Virus record (IMG/VR): IMGVR_UViG_3300009509_000019
DNA: 64,000 nucleotides
Source: an uncultured virus (IMG/VR IMGVR_UViG_3300009509_000019)
Taxonomy: Duplodnaviria; Heunggongvirae; Uroviricota; Caudoviricetes
Reading direction: 5' to 3' (one strand)
How positions within the stretch are numbered: position 1 is the first letter of the stretch; each line of letters begins with the position of its first letter. The position numbers were made by a program, and so were the translations under genes. Of this stretch, positions 25,616 to 34,750 are shown one piece after another. The notes beneath the pieces are model-generated. The model saw nothing but the letters and a program-made list of their open reading frames with translations. It had not been told where the DNA came from and ran no database searches.

Positions 25616-26250
25616 ACACAAAAATGCACAACGGATTTGAGTTCCCTGCTTACGACAAGCAGTGCCATCCTGTTGTGTTTCAAGAACAAGACAAAATTGA
25701 CAAGATTGTGCAATTTTGCAACCAAAAACGAGCTGTGATTCAGGCCGGGGGAAACGTCGGTGTTTTCCCCGCCCATCTCGCTTCAATTTTTTCCGAAGTT
25801 TTTACGTTTGAACCCGATGCTGAGAACTATGAGTGTCTGAAACGAAACATCACTCGCTTGGGTCTTGGAAACGTAAAGGCTTCTTTGTCTGCTTTGGGCC
25901 GAGATAACGCCTCTGGCAGAATGACGAAACCACATCCGAATAATTGCGGAGCGAACACTGTTGTTACCGGATCAGATTTCATGATTTCACGGCTCGATGA
26001 TGTTTTTCCGCACCGAGATGACATTGATTTGTTGTATCTCGACATTGAGGGGTATGAGTGCAAAGCTCTGGACGGAGCAAAAGCGCTTATTGAGCGTTGT
26101 AAGCCCGTCATCGTCGTTGAAAACAAGGGGCTGATACCTGAGTTTCCCAGCGGCATAGAAGGTAGCTCTGAGTTCAGGAACTGGATTTGTGATTTTGGCT
26201 ACCAACACCGAGCACGACTCATGCGTGACGACGTTTTTATACCAGTATGA
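25612..26250 (+). CDS. FkbM-family methyltransferase
   Basis: IQAGGNVG, TFEPD..N, LYLDIEGYE...L.GA...I..CKPVI.VE. Confidence 0.9.
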   Translation: MNTKMHNGFEFPAYDKQCHPVVFQEQDKIDKIVQFCNQKRAVIQAGGNVGVFPAHLASIFSEVFTFEPDAENYECLKRNITRLGLGNVKASLSALGRDNASGRMTKPHPNNCGANTVVTGSDFMISRLDDVFPHRDDIDLLYLDIEGYECKALDGAKALIERCKPVIVVENKGLIPEFPSGIEGSSEFRNWICDFGYQHRARLMRDDVFIPV

Positions 26251-27671
26251 AACTTGATTTCACTCCTACGCCCACTTGCCGTGAATTTATGCTCTCGACT
26301 AAGAGGGTTCGGTTCCTTGTCGGCGCAGTCGGTAGCTCAAAGACAACTACGTGCCTATATGAAATACTCCGCCGCGCTGCCGAACAGGAACCTGCGCAGG
26401 ATGGAGTTAGGTACACACGCTTTGCGATTATTCGTAATACTCTTGCCGCGATTAAGTCCACCGTTCTTAAGGATATCCAGCAGATTTTTGGCCCGATTAT
26501 CGACTATCGTGTGTCCGAATCGACCGTCTACATAAGACAGGGTGACATCCACTGTGAAATACTCCTTATACCGCTGGATACTCCGGACGACCAGAAACGC
26601 CTCCTCAGCTCGCAGCTTACGGGCGCTTACTTTAACGAGTTTGTTGAAGTTGATCCTGTATTCATTTCTGGAGCGTTGGGTCGTTGCGGTCGCTACCCCT
26701 CCCAGCTCAGAGGACGACCGACATGGTATGGTGTATTTGCAGACTCGAACCCGGGCACAGAGGACTCGCCTTACTACGAAATCCTTAAAGTCGATCTACC
26801 CGAAAGCTACGGTTACTTTGAGCAACCGTCACCACTTCTGAGAGACGAAGATGGGAATATCACGGAGAATCCAGACGCCGAAAACATCCAATATCTGCCG
26901 GGTGGATTCGACTATTACTGGACGCTACTTAACGGCGCATCGCCTGAGTGGTCGGAACGCTTCGTATACGGACAGTGGGGCGAGTCTTTACAGGGTCAAG
27001 CCGTTTTCAAGAATACTTTTCGGGCTGGGTTCCATGTTGCGAGTTCGGAACTTACTCCTTCAGTTGGCCATGCGCTCATTATCGGGATGGATTTTGCACG
27101 GGCACCTGCGGCAGTTATCTGTCAAGTGGATCACACTGGGCGTCTGCTGGTCATGCAAGAAGTCTATGAAGAAAACATGGGCGTTGAAAAGTTTGTTCGT
27201 GACCGTCTCATGCCCGTCGTGTTCAGCCCCCGCTTTCAAGGGAAACCCATGTACATCGTTGGCGATCCATCGGGCACGACAAAGTCGCAAATTGGCGAGA
27301 GATCGGTCTTCACGATGCTCAAGGGGTTAGGCTTTGAAGCAGTACCTGCTCAGACAAATCATATCAAGCCGCGTTTGGACGCCGTTGAGAAATGGCTCCT
27401 TATGCAGCGTGAGGGAAAAGCGGCAATACTTTTTGACCCTGAGCACTGTCCTGAGCTCATTGTTGCTCTTAAGCATAAATACCGCTACCGAGCTCGCAAG
27501 GACGGAGAACTGGAAGATAAACCTCATAAGGTACGCCCTTGGGCTGACCTTGCCGATGCTCTGCAGTATGCTTGTCTCGGAACTGCGCAAAACCTGATGG
27601 GTAAAGTCATGCGCCGTATTCAGCGTAGCCCACAGAAAAAACCAAACATGCCGGTAGGAGCGTGGACATGA
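26247..27671 (+). CDS. terL: Terminase large subunit
   Basis: GAVGSSKTT Walker A, FNE Walker B, GRYP, DSNP, nuclease IGMDF, GDPSG and DLADALQY. Confidence 0.95.
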   Translation: MKLDFTPTPTCREFMLSTKRVRFLVGAVGSSKTTTCLYEILRRAAEQEPAQDGVRYTRFAIIRNTLAAIKSTVLKDIQQIFGPIIDYRVSESTVYIRQGDIHCEILLIPLDTPDDQKRLLSSQLTGAYFNEFVEVDPVFISGALGRCGRYPSQLRGRPTWYGVFADSNPGTEDSPYYEILKVDLPESYGYFEQPSPLLRDEDGNITENPDAENIQYLPGGFDYYWTLLNGASPEWSERFVYGQWGESLQGQAVFKNTFRAGFHVASSELTPSVGHALIIGMDFARAPAAVICQVDHTGRLLVMQEVYEENMGVEKFVRDRLMPVVFSPRFQGKPMYIVGDPSGTTKSQIGERSVFTMLKGLGFEAVPAQTNHIKPRLDAVEKWLLMQREGKAAILFDPEHCPELIVALKHKYRYRARKDGELEDKPHKVRPWADLADALQYACLGTAQNLMGKVMRRIQRSPQKKPNMPVGAWT

Positions 27672-28117
27672 TTATCACCCTTGAGCGTTTCGCATACCTC
27701 GACGATTGCACCAGAGGAGTTCTCAAAGTTGGCAATCAATCATTTCAGACAATCGAAAGGCCGTGGATTAAAAACCCAGCTGGCCCGGGCGGGATGCCGT
27801 TTGAGAGTTGCGTCCCGGATGGTACATATCGTGTACGGGCTTACACTCGTCCTTCTGGGAAGAAGGCGTTTATCCTATCAAACCCTGATTTGGGTGTCTG
27901 GGAGCAGCAAGAAGATCGTGAGGTTACCTCGTGGGGCAGATATCTGATCCTCATACACGTCGGCAACACAGTCGCAGACGTAGTCGGGTGTATAGCTCCC
28001 GGCCTGACCGGAGCGGATCGTTCCGTTGGGAACTCTCGCGCAGCGATGCTGAAGCTGCATGAACTTCTTGATGGATACGAACATGACCTCGCAATCCGAC
28101 CCAAAGGCGCGTCGTAA
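27668..28117 (+). CDS. DUF5675-family protein (putative peptidoglycan hydrolase)
   Basis: TIERPW, SCVP.G.Y, ILIH.GN...D..GCI.PG. Confidence 0.85.
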   Translation: MIITLERFAYLDDCTRGVLKVGNQSFQTIERPWIKNPAGPGGMPFESCVPDGTYRVRAYTRPSGKKAFILSNPDLGVWEQQEDREVTSWGRYLILIHVGNTVADVVGCIAPGLTGADRSVGNSRAAMLKLHELLDGYEHDLAIRPKGAS

Positions 28118-28607
28118 GATCGTCTGCTCTATACCGCATTCAGGCACTCACTTTTTAAGACACCATTTCAACTGCACTTCGCTGCATGTGTGCGCACATT
28201 GGGGCAGCGTGATGCGGCGTTTGCCTGCAGATGCGCACATAATTGTGCCGCTGCGCAAACCTGCACACGTTTGGCATTCGTGGGGTAGAAGAATGGAGAA
28301 TCCGGATCTGGCCTATTTCATGCAAGGTTGGTACAACCTCCATGCCATGAGCCTGATTTTTGATCTCGATTTTATTGATCTTGAGGCGCAGGACGATCCG
28401 CGAATTACTGATTGGACGCCTAGAGGAACACTGGATGAGTACGAGTTTACGCCGAAACTCCTACCATACAAACACCGCAACGTGCTTCATCAGATACCGT
28501 TTGTGCAGGAACGCTACGGGCTACCCGTTAAGCCCGATGAATTTTGCGACAGTGAGGAGCTTCTTCTGCACCCATTCCCCAAACGTCCCCGCAGTCGTAT
28601 GACCTGA
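28083..28607 (+). CDS. Sulfotransferase-like protein
   Basis: 5'-PSB-like loop SIPHSGTHFL and IIVPLRKP...WHSW 3'-PB-like motif. Confidence 0.6.
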   Translation: MTSQSDPKARRKIVCSIPHSGTHFLRHHFNCTSLHVCAHWGSVMRRLPADAHIIVPLRKPAHVWHSWGRRMENPDLAYFMQGWYNLHAMSLIFDLDFIDLEAQDDPRITDWTPRGTLDEYEFTPKLLPYKHRNVLHQIPFVQERYGLPVKPDEFCDSEELLLHPFPKRPRSRMT

Positions 28608-29045
28608 AATAGCCTCGTCCCACACCGCATCAGCAATGTTGTCGAGGTCACCCTGACCGATTGACTGGCCTTGGTTGATGACCAGACCGGCTGAGTTTGT
28701 TGGGATCACCTGTACTTGGTTCTGGTTGAGGTTGCCTGCTTCGATGTCCCAAAAGTCGTTGTTACTGCCTTCCAGTCGTACAGACCACTGAGAGTCAGGT
28801 GAGAAGGTGTAACTGTAACCGTTGAGGGTACTGAGCGTACGGGCGTACGTCACACCGGCAACAGTAACCTCAGTGTTGTGGCTGAACGAATCAGGCATCC
28901 AGATGTAGTCCTCGCTGGCGAGCAAGGCCATCATCTCTTTACGCAGCGCATTTGTATCTGCTGAGTAGAGTGTTCCCGTTACGAGCGTCAGGTCTGCTTG
29001 ATTGATAGTGAAGACCTTGGTCGCTGGGTCAAGTGTCATTGCCAC
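28521..29045 (-). CDS. Putative virion-associated protein (inverted cassette)
   Basis: HNTEVTVAGVTYAR...NGY, V.L.GSNN, NSAGL and IADAVWDE motifs. Confidence 0.65.
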   Translation of the reverse strand: MAMTLDPATKVFTINQADLTLVTGTLYSADTNALRKEMMALLASEDYIWMPDSFSHNTEVTVAGVTYARTLSTLNGYSYTFSPDSQWSVRLEGSNNDFWDIEAGNLNQNQVQVIPTNSAGLVINQGQSIGQGDLDNIADAVWDEAISGHTTAGTFGEWVQKKLLTVAKFIGLNG

Positions 29046-29391
29046 CTATCATGTCCTCCGGCGTTGTGCTCCCGCCATTGGCAAGCCACGACTGCAGTTC
29101 AATCGCCCGCTGTTTCTGGAACTGTGCAAACTGTCCTTCGAGTGTTGACAGCTTGTTCACCAGACGATTGTTGGCTTCTTGAAGCTCGCTCATCTGGTGT
29201 TTGACCATGGCCATTTCTTCCTGAAGCCCCTTGACCGTGGCTACCTCACCAATCGTGAGCTTGGCCTTGGCCACATCCTGCATGGCTCCACGAAGCTCAG
29301 CAGGGGTCTTCCAGTCTTCTTCAGGCGGCCCCCGGTCGATTTCCATTGGTACGCCGTCGATGTCTTCAGTTGTGCTGCCAAATGTGCTCAT
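29029..29391 (-). CDS. Coiled-coil protein (inverted cassette)
   Basis: Heptad-rich middle; coupled to neighbours. Confidence 0.6.
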   Translation of the reverse strand: MSTFGSTTEDIDGVPMEIDRGPPEEDWKTPAELRGAMQDVAKAKLTIGEVATVKGLQEEMAMVKHQMSELQEANNRLVNKLSTLEGQFAQFQKQRAIELQSWLANGGSTTPEDMIGGNDT

Positions 29392-31250
29392 TATTCGTCC
29401 AAAATCATTAGGGCAGAAATGTCACTACCGTTACTTGCGTCAGTGATAGAAAGTGTTGCTTGCCTGTAATACGGGCTGGTAGTTGATTTACGTGCCCACC
29501 CTTTCAGCCCTTGTGAAGCTGGCCATGTCTTTGATGCTTGTACGCTCGACGGGCTGCCAGATGTAGTCCCATACAATCCGACATATGAGAAGACGGGTGT
29601 GCCCCCTGCTGAGGCTGAGGCACCTGCATCCACCGTGTAAGTGAACTGCGTCGTGCTGGTCACAGTGATCTGGGCAACCTTGTTGTACAGTTCGTCACCT
29701 GCGCCACGCACCACGACGTAGTCATTCGTGGCAAGACCATGCGCAGCAGATGCAGTAAGTGTTGCAGTACCGCCCGTCTGAGTGAGGGTGGAGACAGACG
29801 CTTGATAGGGGAAGCCACTGCCACCTCCGTTATCGGCAGTCTCTAAGAAAACTCTGACGCCAGTAACATCAGCACCGGCTTCGTCAATAGTTGTGACCTT
29901 TGTTACCACGGGGTTGACAACAAGTGTTACCGTGATACCAGCTGCATCATCAACACCTACATTGGACGTTGTTGCCGGGTTGCCGTCAACTGTACAGTCA
30001 ATAAGGTTGACGTTGATCGAGCCTGAAGTTGCATCAAATCTGAGCGTTGAGTTGTTGGCATCTGCTGTTGAGCTGAATCCAGTGAACTCAATACCAGTCA
30101 GAGTGATATCGTGCGTTACCCCAGTGCCAAACCTGATGGCATGGTGAGCATTAGTACCAATACTGAAGGTGCAGTTATCCAATTCACTGATGGATGTAGC
30201 ACCCGAAGTCGTCCGGTTGTCATACACAGCACCTTCGTCAGCAGCGACAGTTGGTGTCAGGATTTGTGAGCCTGAGATGTCCGCTTGATTGAGCACGATT
30301 TGCCCTGAACTTGACCATTGGCTGTCGATACAGGAGCTAGTACTGGCAAAGGTCGTCGTGCTGCACCCGGCGAAGCGATTATTCACCCCGGTAAATGTGC
30401 CCACGTTGAGCGTCAGTACAGCCGGTGAGGTAGTACCCAGATGCTGAATGGTAATGCCAGTCCACTCTACATTGGAGCTGGCATTGCGTATCTCGAACTC
30501 GTTGAACCCTGTGGGCAGAAATGGATCATCCAGAACAATAATGTTTCTGTTCGAGTCACGAAAGTCTACTGCAGTGCCCGTGGTGCCCATCACAAATGCA
30601 CCGTGGAACCAGTAGCCGCCCGTTACAGGGGTCAGGATGCCCCAGCGCCGAGTGTTGTTGGCATCGAACGCCCCAGCGCCAGAGAAAGTTGCGTAGTTCG
30701 CTGTCTCACCGTTGGTGCATTGCAGCTCTCGGCCATGGCGCTGCACGTCCATGGCGTTCGGGTTGCCCTTCAGGGAGCCTGAGCCAAGAATCTTCCAGTT
30801 GAAGCCGACAAGGTTAGTGCCTGCTGCGCCGCCGCCCACGGTGTTCGATGGGGTCTGGGTTGGGTCAACAGCATAGGTGCGCCAGCCTGCAAGGTCAGAG
30901 CCTTCCGTGTTCGAGCCGTCCACGTAGAACTCATCATAAGCTGTAGTTGAATTGCCCACGAGGAACCGCATCCCACCGTTGGCAATGGTGTCCATCAGGT
31001 TGCGGTTGTTCTGCTTGCCCCACACGAAGATTGCATCGCCTGATGCCACAGTGCGTGACCCTGCATCGTCCAGCATGAAGCCCTTGGTGGTCGCCGTGAA
31101 ACCTGCCTTGGAGATACACTGCGGAGTCTCAACGAAATAGTCAGTCTCGTCAGCTAGACCAGACGCACCACCGCCAAGCGCCGTGTAGTTAGCCACGTTG
31201 TCGGCTTGGTCGTAGTCAGACAGATCAGTTGCGTAGACTGGCGCTACCAT
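29391..31250 (-). CDS. Thr/Ser/Gly-rich fibre- or spike-like protein
   Basis: 619 aa, beta-rich, beta-helix-like centre, HGL...D.V.V.G....YN....IT FCCH-like module. Confidence 0.65.
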   Translation of the reverse strand: MVAPVYATDLSDYDQADNVANYTALGGGASGLADETDYFVETPQCISKAGFTATTKGFMLDDAGSRTVASGDAIFVWGKQNNRNLMDTIANGGMRFLVGNSTTAYDEFYVDGSNTEGSDLAGWRTYAVDPTQTPSNTVGGGAAGTNLVGFNWKILGSGSLKGNPNAMDVQRHGRELQCTNGETANYATFSGAGAFDANNTRRWGILTPVTGGYWFHGAFVMGTTGTAVDFRDSNRNIIVLDDPFLPTGFNEFEIRNASSNVEWTGITIQHLGTTSPAVLTLNVGTFTGVNNRFAGCSTTTFASTSSCIDSQWSSSGQIVLNQADISGSQILTPTVAADEGAVYDNRTTSGATSISELDNCTFSIGTNAHHAIRFGTGVTHDITLTGIEFTGFSSTADANNSTLRFDATSGSINVNLIDCTVDGNPATTSNVGVDDAAGITVTLVVNPVVTKVTTIDEAGADVTGVRVFLETADNGGGSGFPYQASVSTLTQTGGTATLTASAAHGLATNDYVVVRGAGDELYNKVAQITVTSTTQFTYTVDAGASASAGGTPVFSYVGLYGTTSGSPSSVQASKTWPASQGLKGWARKSTTSPYYRQATLSITDASNGSDISALMILDE

Positions 31251-31432
31251 TCTGGGTCGCTCTCCATTGTTGTTATCTCACCCGCAGTCAGGGCCACGAA
31301 GTTGCCTTCGGGCCCATCCTCGGTGAGCTTAGTTGCACCGCATGGACAGACGACGCGCTGCCCTTCAGGGTCTGAATCCCTGAACCACAGCACGTCGCCG
31401 CAATCAGCGCATTTTGTATGCGCCCGCGCCAT
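31244..31432 (-). CDS. Small zinc-ribbon protein
   Basis: CADC...CPCG. Confidence 0.6.
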   Translation of the reverse strand: MARAHTKCADCGDVLWFRDSDPEGQRVVCPCGATKLTEDGPEGNFVALTAGEITTMESDPEW

Positions 31433-33750
31433 TAGATGTCGTCGATGCGGTTTACGGAAGCTGTACCACCGGTGTTTGTCATCGTACCAGTAGCCTCCGC
31501 CGTCTTGATTGGCGTTGCTCCACCATCACGGACGCGGACGAAATGATCCCTGTCTGCGCTGTACACGTAACTGAATGAGTCAGACGTGCTCGTTGCCGTG
31601 TAGTCGAGATACCCGATAAAGGCGTTGTTACCCGTGGTCGCGTTGTTGGTGCTGAAGTCCGTCGAGGGGATGGTGAAGTCATCCGTGCCCGTGTCGAACG
31701 CCGTGTACCTGTGCAACGACCACAGCCCATTGTCACGCTCGATACGCAGACTGCCTTTGGTGCCAGCCGAGGTCGGCGTGTCACTGGGGATTGCAGTCAC
31801 CGAAATTGTGGTCACTGCTGCACCTGTATATGTTGCATTCAGCGTCAACTGCGTGAAGTTGATGTCAGTTGCACCAGCATCCTTCTCCGTGCAAAGCACG
31901 TAGTCTCCCGAGATGAAGCCCGACACCGTGAAGGTGACGTTGTTCGGCGGGAAGATAGCTGTGTTGGACAGGTCGAAGAACGTATCAGCCGCTGACGTAT
32001 CCGCTGCTTCCATACCGAAACCGTATGCACCGATGAGCGCGGAGCCCGTTGATACACCGCAGAACGGCGTGGATACAGAATATGCTACTGAATCAGCACT
32101 CAGCGTGTAGTAAGCGGGGTGATTGCCCGGATCGTATATGCGAGTGTTGTTGAGCGGCTGTACGCCCTTGGTTAGCTGACCGTAGATGAATCCTGTCGCA
32201 CCTTGATCGTCCAGTGCAAAGATCGCCAGCTCGCCAGCGGCATTCTGGATTTCCTCACCGGCAGGCGTTGCCGAAACCGTTGCCTGTGCGCCCGACGACT
32301 GACCCGTGAACGTATCGGATATCGTGACTGTGCCTTCTTCGATGTCGATGATGAGCGACGTGTCTGTGCCATCAACACTCAGCACTCGACCTTTCCACGT
32401 TGGCGTTGCCGTGTCCTCATGAACTGCCTCACCTACCGTGAACGGGCCACCCGTGACAGCACCGTGATTGACGTAGGTGCCGAACACCCACTTTTCATTC
32501 GTTGCGGCAGCAGGCGTACCAGTCTCAGTATCGTAAGCCATCGAGTGTGTAACGCCGCGATGCAGCTCACCGTTCTGCCCATTGAGCGTTGAGCTTGAGC
32601 TGTCAGCAGACAGCAATTTCATACGCTCGTAAAACTGGTTGATGGTGAACGTGTCTCGGTTCCACTCGGAGTAATACTGCTCGTCCGTACCGTCACCAGA
32701 GATGTCGATGAGCCTCAGACCTTCGGTGTTGGTGATCGTAGACCAGCCATTTACCGTGGCAAACGCCGTGGTGTTGTTCAGGTCATTCGAGTCTGACAGA
32801 GCGAGTACGTTGTTACCCGGGGAGGTGCCGTTGATGGAGAACTCGCTGTAGGTGTTACCCCACCGACGCGCAGTGCCGAGCAAACGACGACGAGCGATGT
32901 CAACGCCGAAGTCACGAACTTTGACCATGAAACGATGCGAAATACCCGCACCAGCACTGCTATTGATAGGTACAGCGATGTTATATACATCTGCTGCTAC
33001 CCAGTCATTCGAGGTGCCGCCGTACAGATAGTCCACTGTAATCGTGGTCGAGGTGTTGGCTGTGACAATGCCCTGACAACCGTCTGTGATGTTGCGAATG
33101 GTGTAGCCTACCCACTCATCTGTAGTCCAGCTTGCTGTGCTGTCCGTCAGTACCGTGCTGCTGGTGCCACCTGAATGTGAGCCCGCCTGCCAGCCATAGT
33201 TCCAGTAATCATCCGACAGGATTGCACCGTTCTGAATGACTTGGATGTGGACGTCGGGGTTACCGAAGTTGACGATACCGTCCCAGCGTTCCTGCGTCGG
33301 GCCAACACCCTGCGTGATCGTGCCATCATACAAGTGCTCGATGGCCGTGGCATCTACGTTGAACCCGTTGGTCAGCGTGATAATGTTGTCCGTCGAACGT
33401 GCTGATGGATCCTGTGAGATGATGTCCAGCTCGTCATCGCCCGACCATTCCGGGTCGTCTGCAAGGTTCTGCAACCATCTGTGGAACTGGATGACTGTTG
33501 CGTAAGACGCAGCTTGTGTAGCTACGCCAGTGCCGGTTCCGGCACCTGTTGCCTCGAAGCGCAGGCCAACCGTGTTGGATGCTGCACCTACGAGCGTGAA
33601 GTCGGTCGTCCCGACTGATCTGATTTGGTAGTAGTCACCGGTCACGAAACTACCAGCATTGACCGTTGTCGTTGGACTGTGGTCAAAGCCGATGTAGCGG
33701 ATGTTGCCGGTGGCGCGATCTACTGACCAATCACCGTCTACCATTGGCAT
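31432..33750 (-). CDS. Large modular virion structural protein (772 aa)
   Basis: Beta-rich with inserted modules (AGSFVTG..Y.I.SVGTTDFT, LTDSTASWTTDEW.G, FTVGE...GQSSGA). Confidence 0.65.
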   Translation of the reverse strand: MPMVDGDWSVDRATGNIRYIGFDHSPTTTVNAGSFVTGDYYQIRSVGTTDFTLVGAASNTVGLRFEATGAGTGTGVATQAASYATVIQFHRWLQNLADDPEWSGDDELDIISQDPSARSTDNIITLTNGFNVDATAIEHLYDGTITQGVGPTQERWDGIVNFGNPDVHIQVIQNGAILSDDYWNYGWQAGSHSGGTSSTVLTDSTASWTTDEWVGYTIRNITDGCQGIVTANTSTTITVDYLYGGTSNDWVAADVYNIAVPINSSAGAGISHRFMVKVRDFGVDIARRRLLGTARRWGNTYSEFSINGTSPGNNVLALSDSNDLNNTTAFATVNGWSTITNTEGLRLIDISGDGTDEQYYSEWNRDTFTINQFYERMKLLSADSSSSTLNGQNGELHRGVTHSMAYDTETGTPAAATNEKWVFGTYVNHGAVTGGPFTVGEAVHEDTATPTWKGRVLSVDGTDTSLIIDIEEGTVTISDTFTGQSSGAQATVSATPAGEEIQNAAGELAIFALDDQGATGFIYGQLTKGVQPLNNTRIYDPGNHPAYYTLSADSVAYSVSTPFCGVSTGSALIGAYGFGMEAADTSAADTFFDLSNTAIFPPNNVTFTVSGFISGDYVLCTEKDAGATDINFTQLTLNATYTGAAVTTISVTAIPSDTPTSAGTKGSLRIERDNGLWSLHRYTAFDTGTDDFTIPSTDFSTNNATTGNNAFIGYLDYTATSTSDSFSYVYSADRDHFVRVRDGGATPIKTAEATGTMTNTGGTASVNRIDDI

Positions 33751-33761
33751 GATTAGTTACC

Positions 33762-34217
33762 TCACGAGTAGCTTAAAGAAGCTCTGTTGTCCCAAACATT
33801 GTCTCTGTTGCTGTTTCCGTCAGCCCATTCAGTAACCGAATCGGTATTGCCAGAACCGTCTACAGTAAAAGTTATCCGCTTGATCCTCCATGTTGCGGAG
33901 CTCGTAATCGTGCCCGGGAGAGCGTCACCGACATATAACACATCGCCGCCGTTTTCTTCGTCCACGCGCTGAGCTTTACTCATTTTCTCTATTCCAAAAT
34001 CTGTCCTTACCCACGATCCCGGTGTGGCATCGTCGGGCTTAATGATATCAACTCCGTCGTCAGAACGGGCGTCTGTATCATCAAATATGAACCATCCTTC
34101 TTCATCACCCACGAGCACTGAAGCAAGGTCGTTATCGACCGGCGAGCCAAGTGCGCGCAACTCTGCGTATGTTCTTGCACGTAACGTTGCAGATCGTTGG
34201 ACACGTTGAATACCCAT
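33762..34217 (-). CDS. Putative virion attachment protein
   Basis: DDG..IIKP....G.W tailspike-N-like segment plus YVG.A.PG......WRIKRI...WADG......WDNR.SL.Y. Confidence 0.6.
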   Translation of the reverse strand: MGIQRVQRSATLRARTYAELRALGSPVDNDLASVLVGDEEGWFIFDDTDARSDDGVDIIKPDDATPGSWVRTDFGIEKMSKAQRVDEENGGDVLYVGDALPGTITSSATWRIKRITFTVDGSGNTDSVTEWADGNSNRDNVWDNRASLSYS

Positions 34218-34666
34218 TACTTGGCCCAGTCAGCGGGTTCTTTTGATTGTGGGTGACGCCTCAAGTGTTTGAGGTATGGGCAGGTGAGATACTTCTGATC
34301 GCCCGGATGGATTACGCGGAGTGTTGCATCTACTTTGTCAGCGGGGATTGCTTTGCCTCCCGCTACCGGTGGGCCATTACCATTCTTGGTGCAGTAGATT
34401 GCTTTGATGGTGTCGTAGCCAAGTTGCTTCATGGCTATACACCTGTTGTTGCCGAGCTGTACTTTGCGGAAGGTGTTGTCATCTTCGACGATGACTGGAT
34501 TGATTAACCCTTTCTCTTTAATGCTTGCGCACAGCTTCTCAAATTCTTTGGGGCCCATACCTCCCGTCTTGACTCCACCAGTCCTGCTTTCCGGGATATC
34601 AAAGTAGTCCAGAAGCTCTATTGGGAAGTCATCAAAGTAGAAGGCTTGCACCCCATTGATGCGCAT
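34217..34666 (-). CDS. ParB/sulfiredoxin-like N-terminal domain protein
   Basis: L..SIKEKGLINPVIV....GNNR..A...LG...I.A. Confidence 0.8.
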   Translation of the reverse strand: MRINGVQAFYFDDFPIELLDYFDIPESRTGGVKTGGMGPKEFEKLCASIKEKGLINPVIVEDDNTFRKVQLGNNRCIAMKQLGYDTIKAIYCTKNGNGPPVAGGKAIPADKVDATLRVIHPGDQKYLTCPYLKHLRRHPQSKEPADWAK

Positions 34667-34690
34667 GTCGTCAAACTCCTGACGCCAGTG

Positions 34691-34733
34691 TTGACATGAG
34701 CTTGTTTATAAACGATATTCTGCATACTAGCAA
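34691..34733. promoter_or_regulatory. Overlapping divergent sigma70-like promoters with central palindrome
   Basis: Plus: TTGACA(34691)-17-GATATT. Minus: TTGCTA(34733)-17-TATAAA. Palindrome GTTTATAAAC at 34704-34713. Confidence 0.6.
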
Positions 34734-34750
34734 CTCATTGTGGACAAGAC

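Noticed and set aside
23471..26250. DNA methyltransferases
   Set aside because: No DPPY/NPPY or PC catalytic motifs. The patterns fit Methyltransf_24 and FkbM small-molecule or glycan methyltransferases.
28521..34666. Recombinase-driven invertible segment
   Set aside because: No invertase gene was recognised and I found no inverted repeats at the boundaries by eye. The left boundary lies within overlapping ORFs.
34217..34666. Plasmid-prophage partition system
   Set aside because: Only the ParB N-terminal-like domain is present, with no HTH region and no parA.
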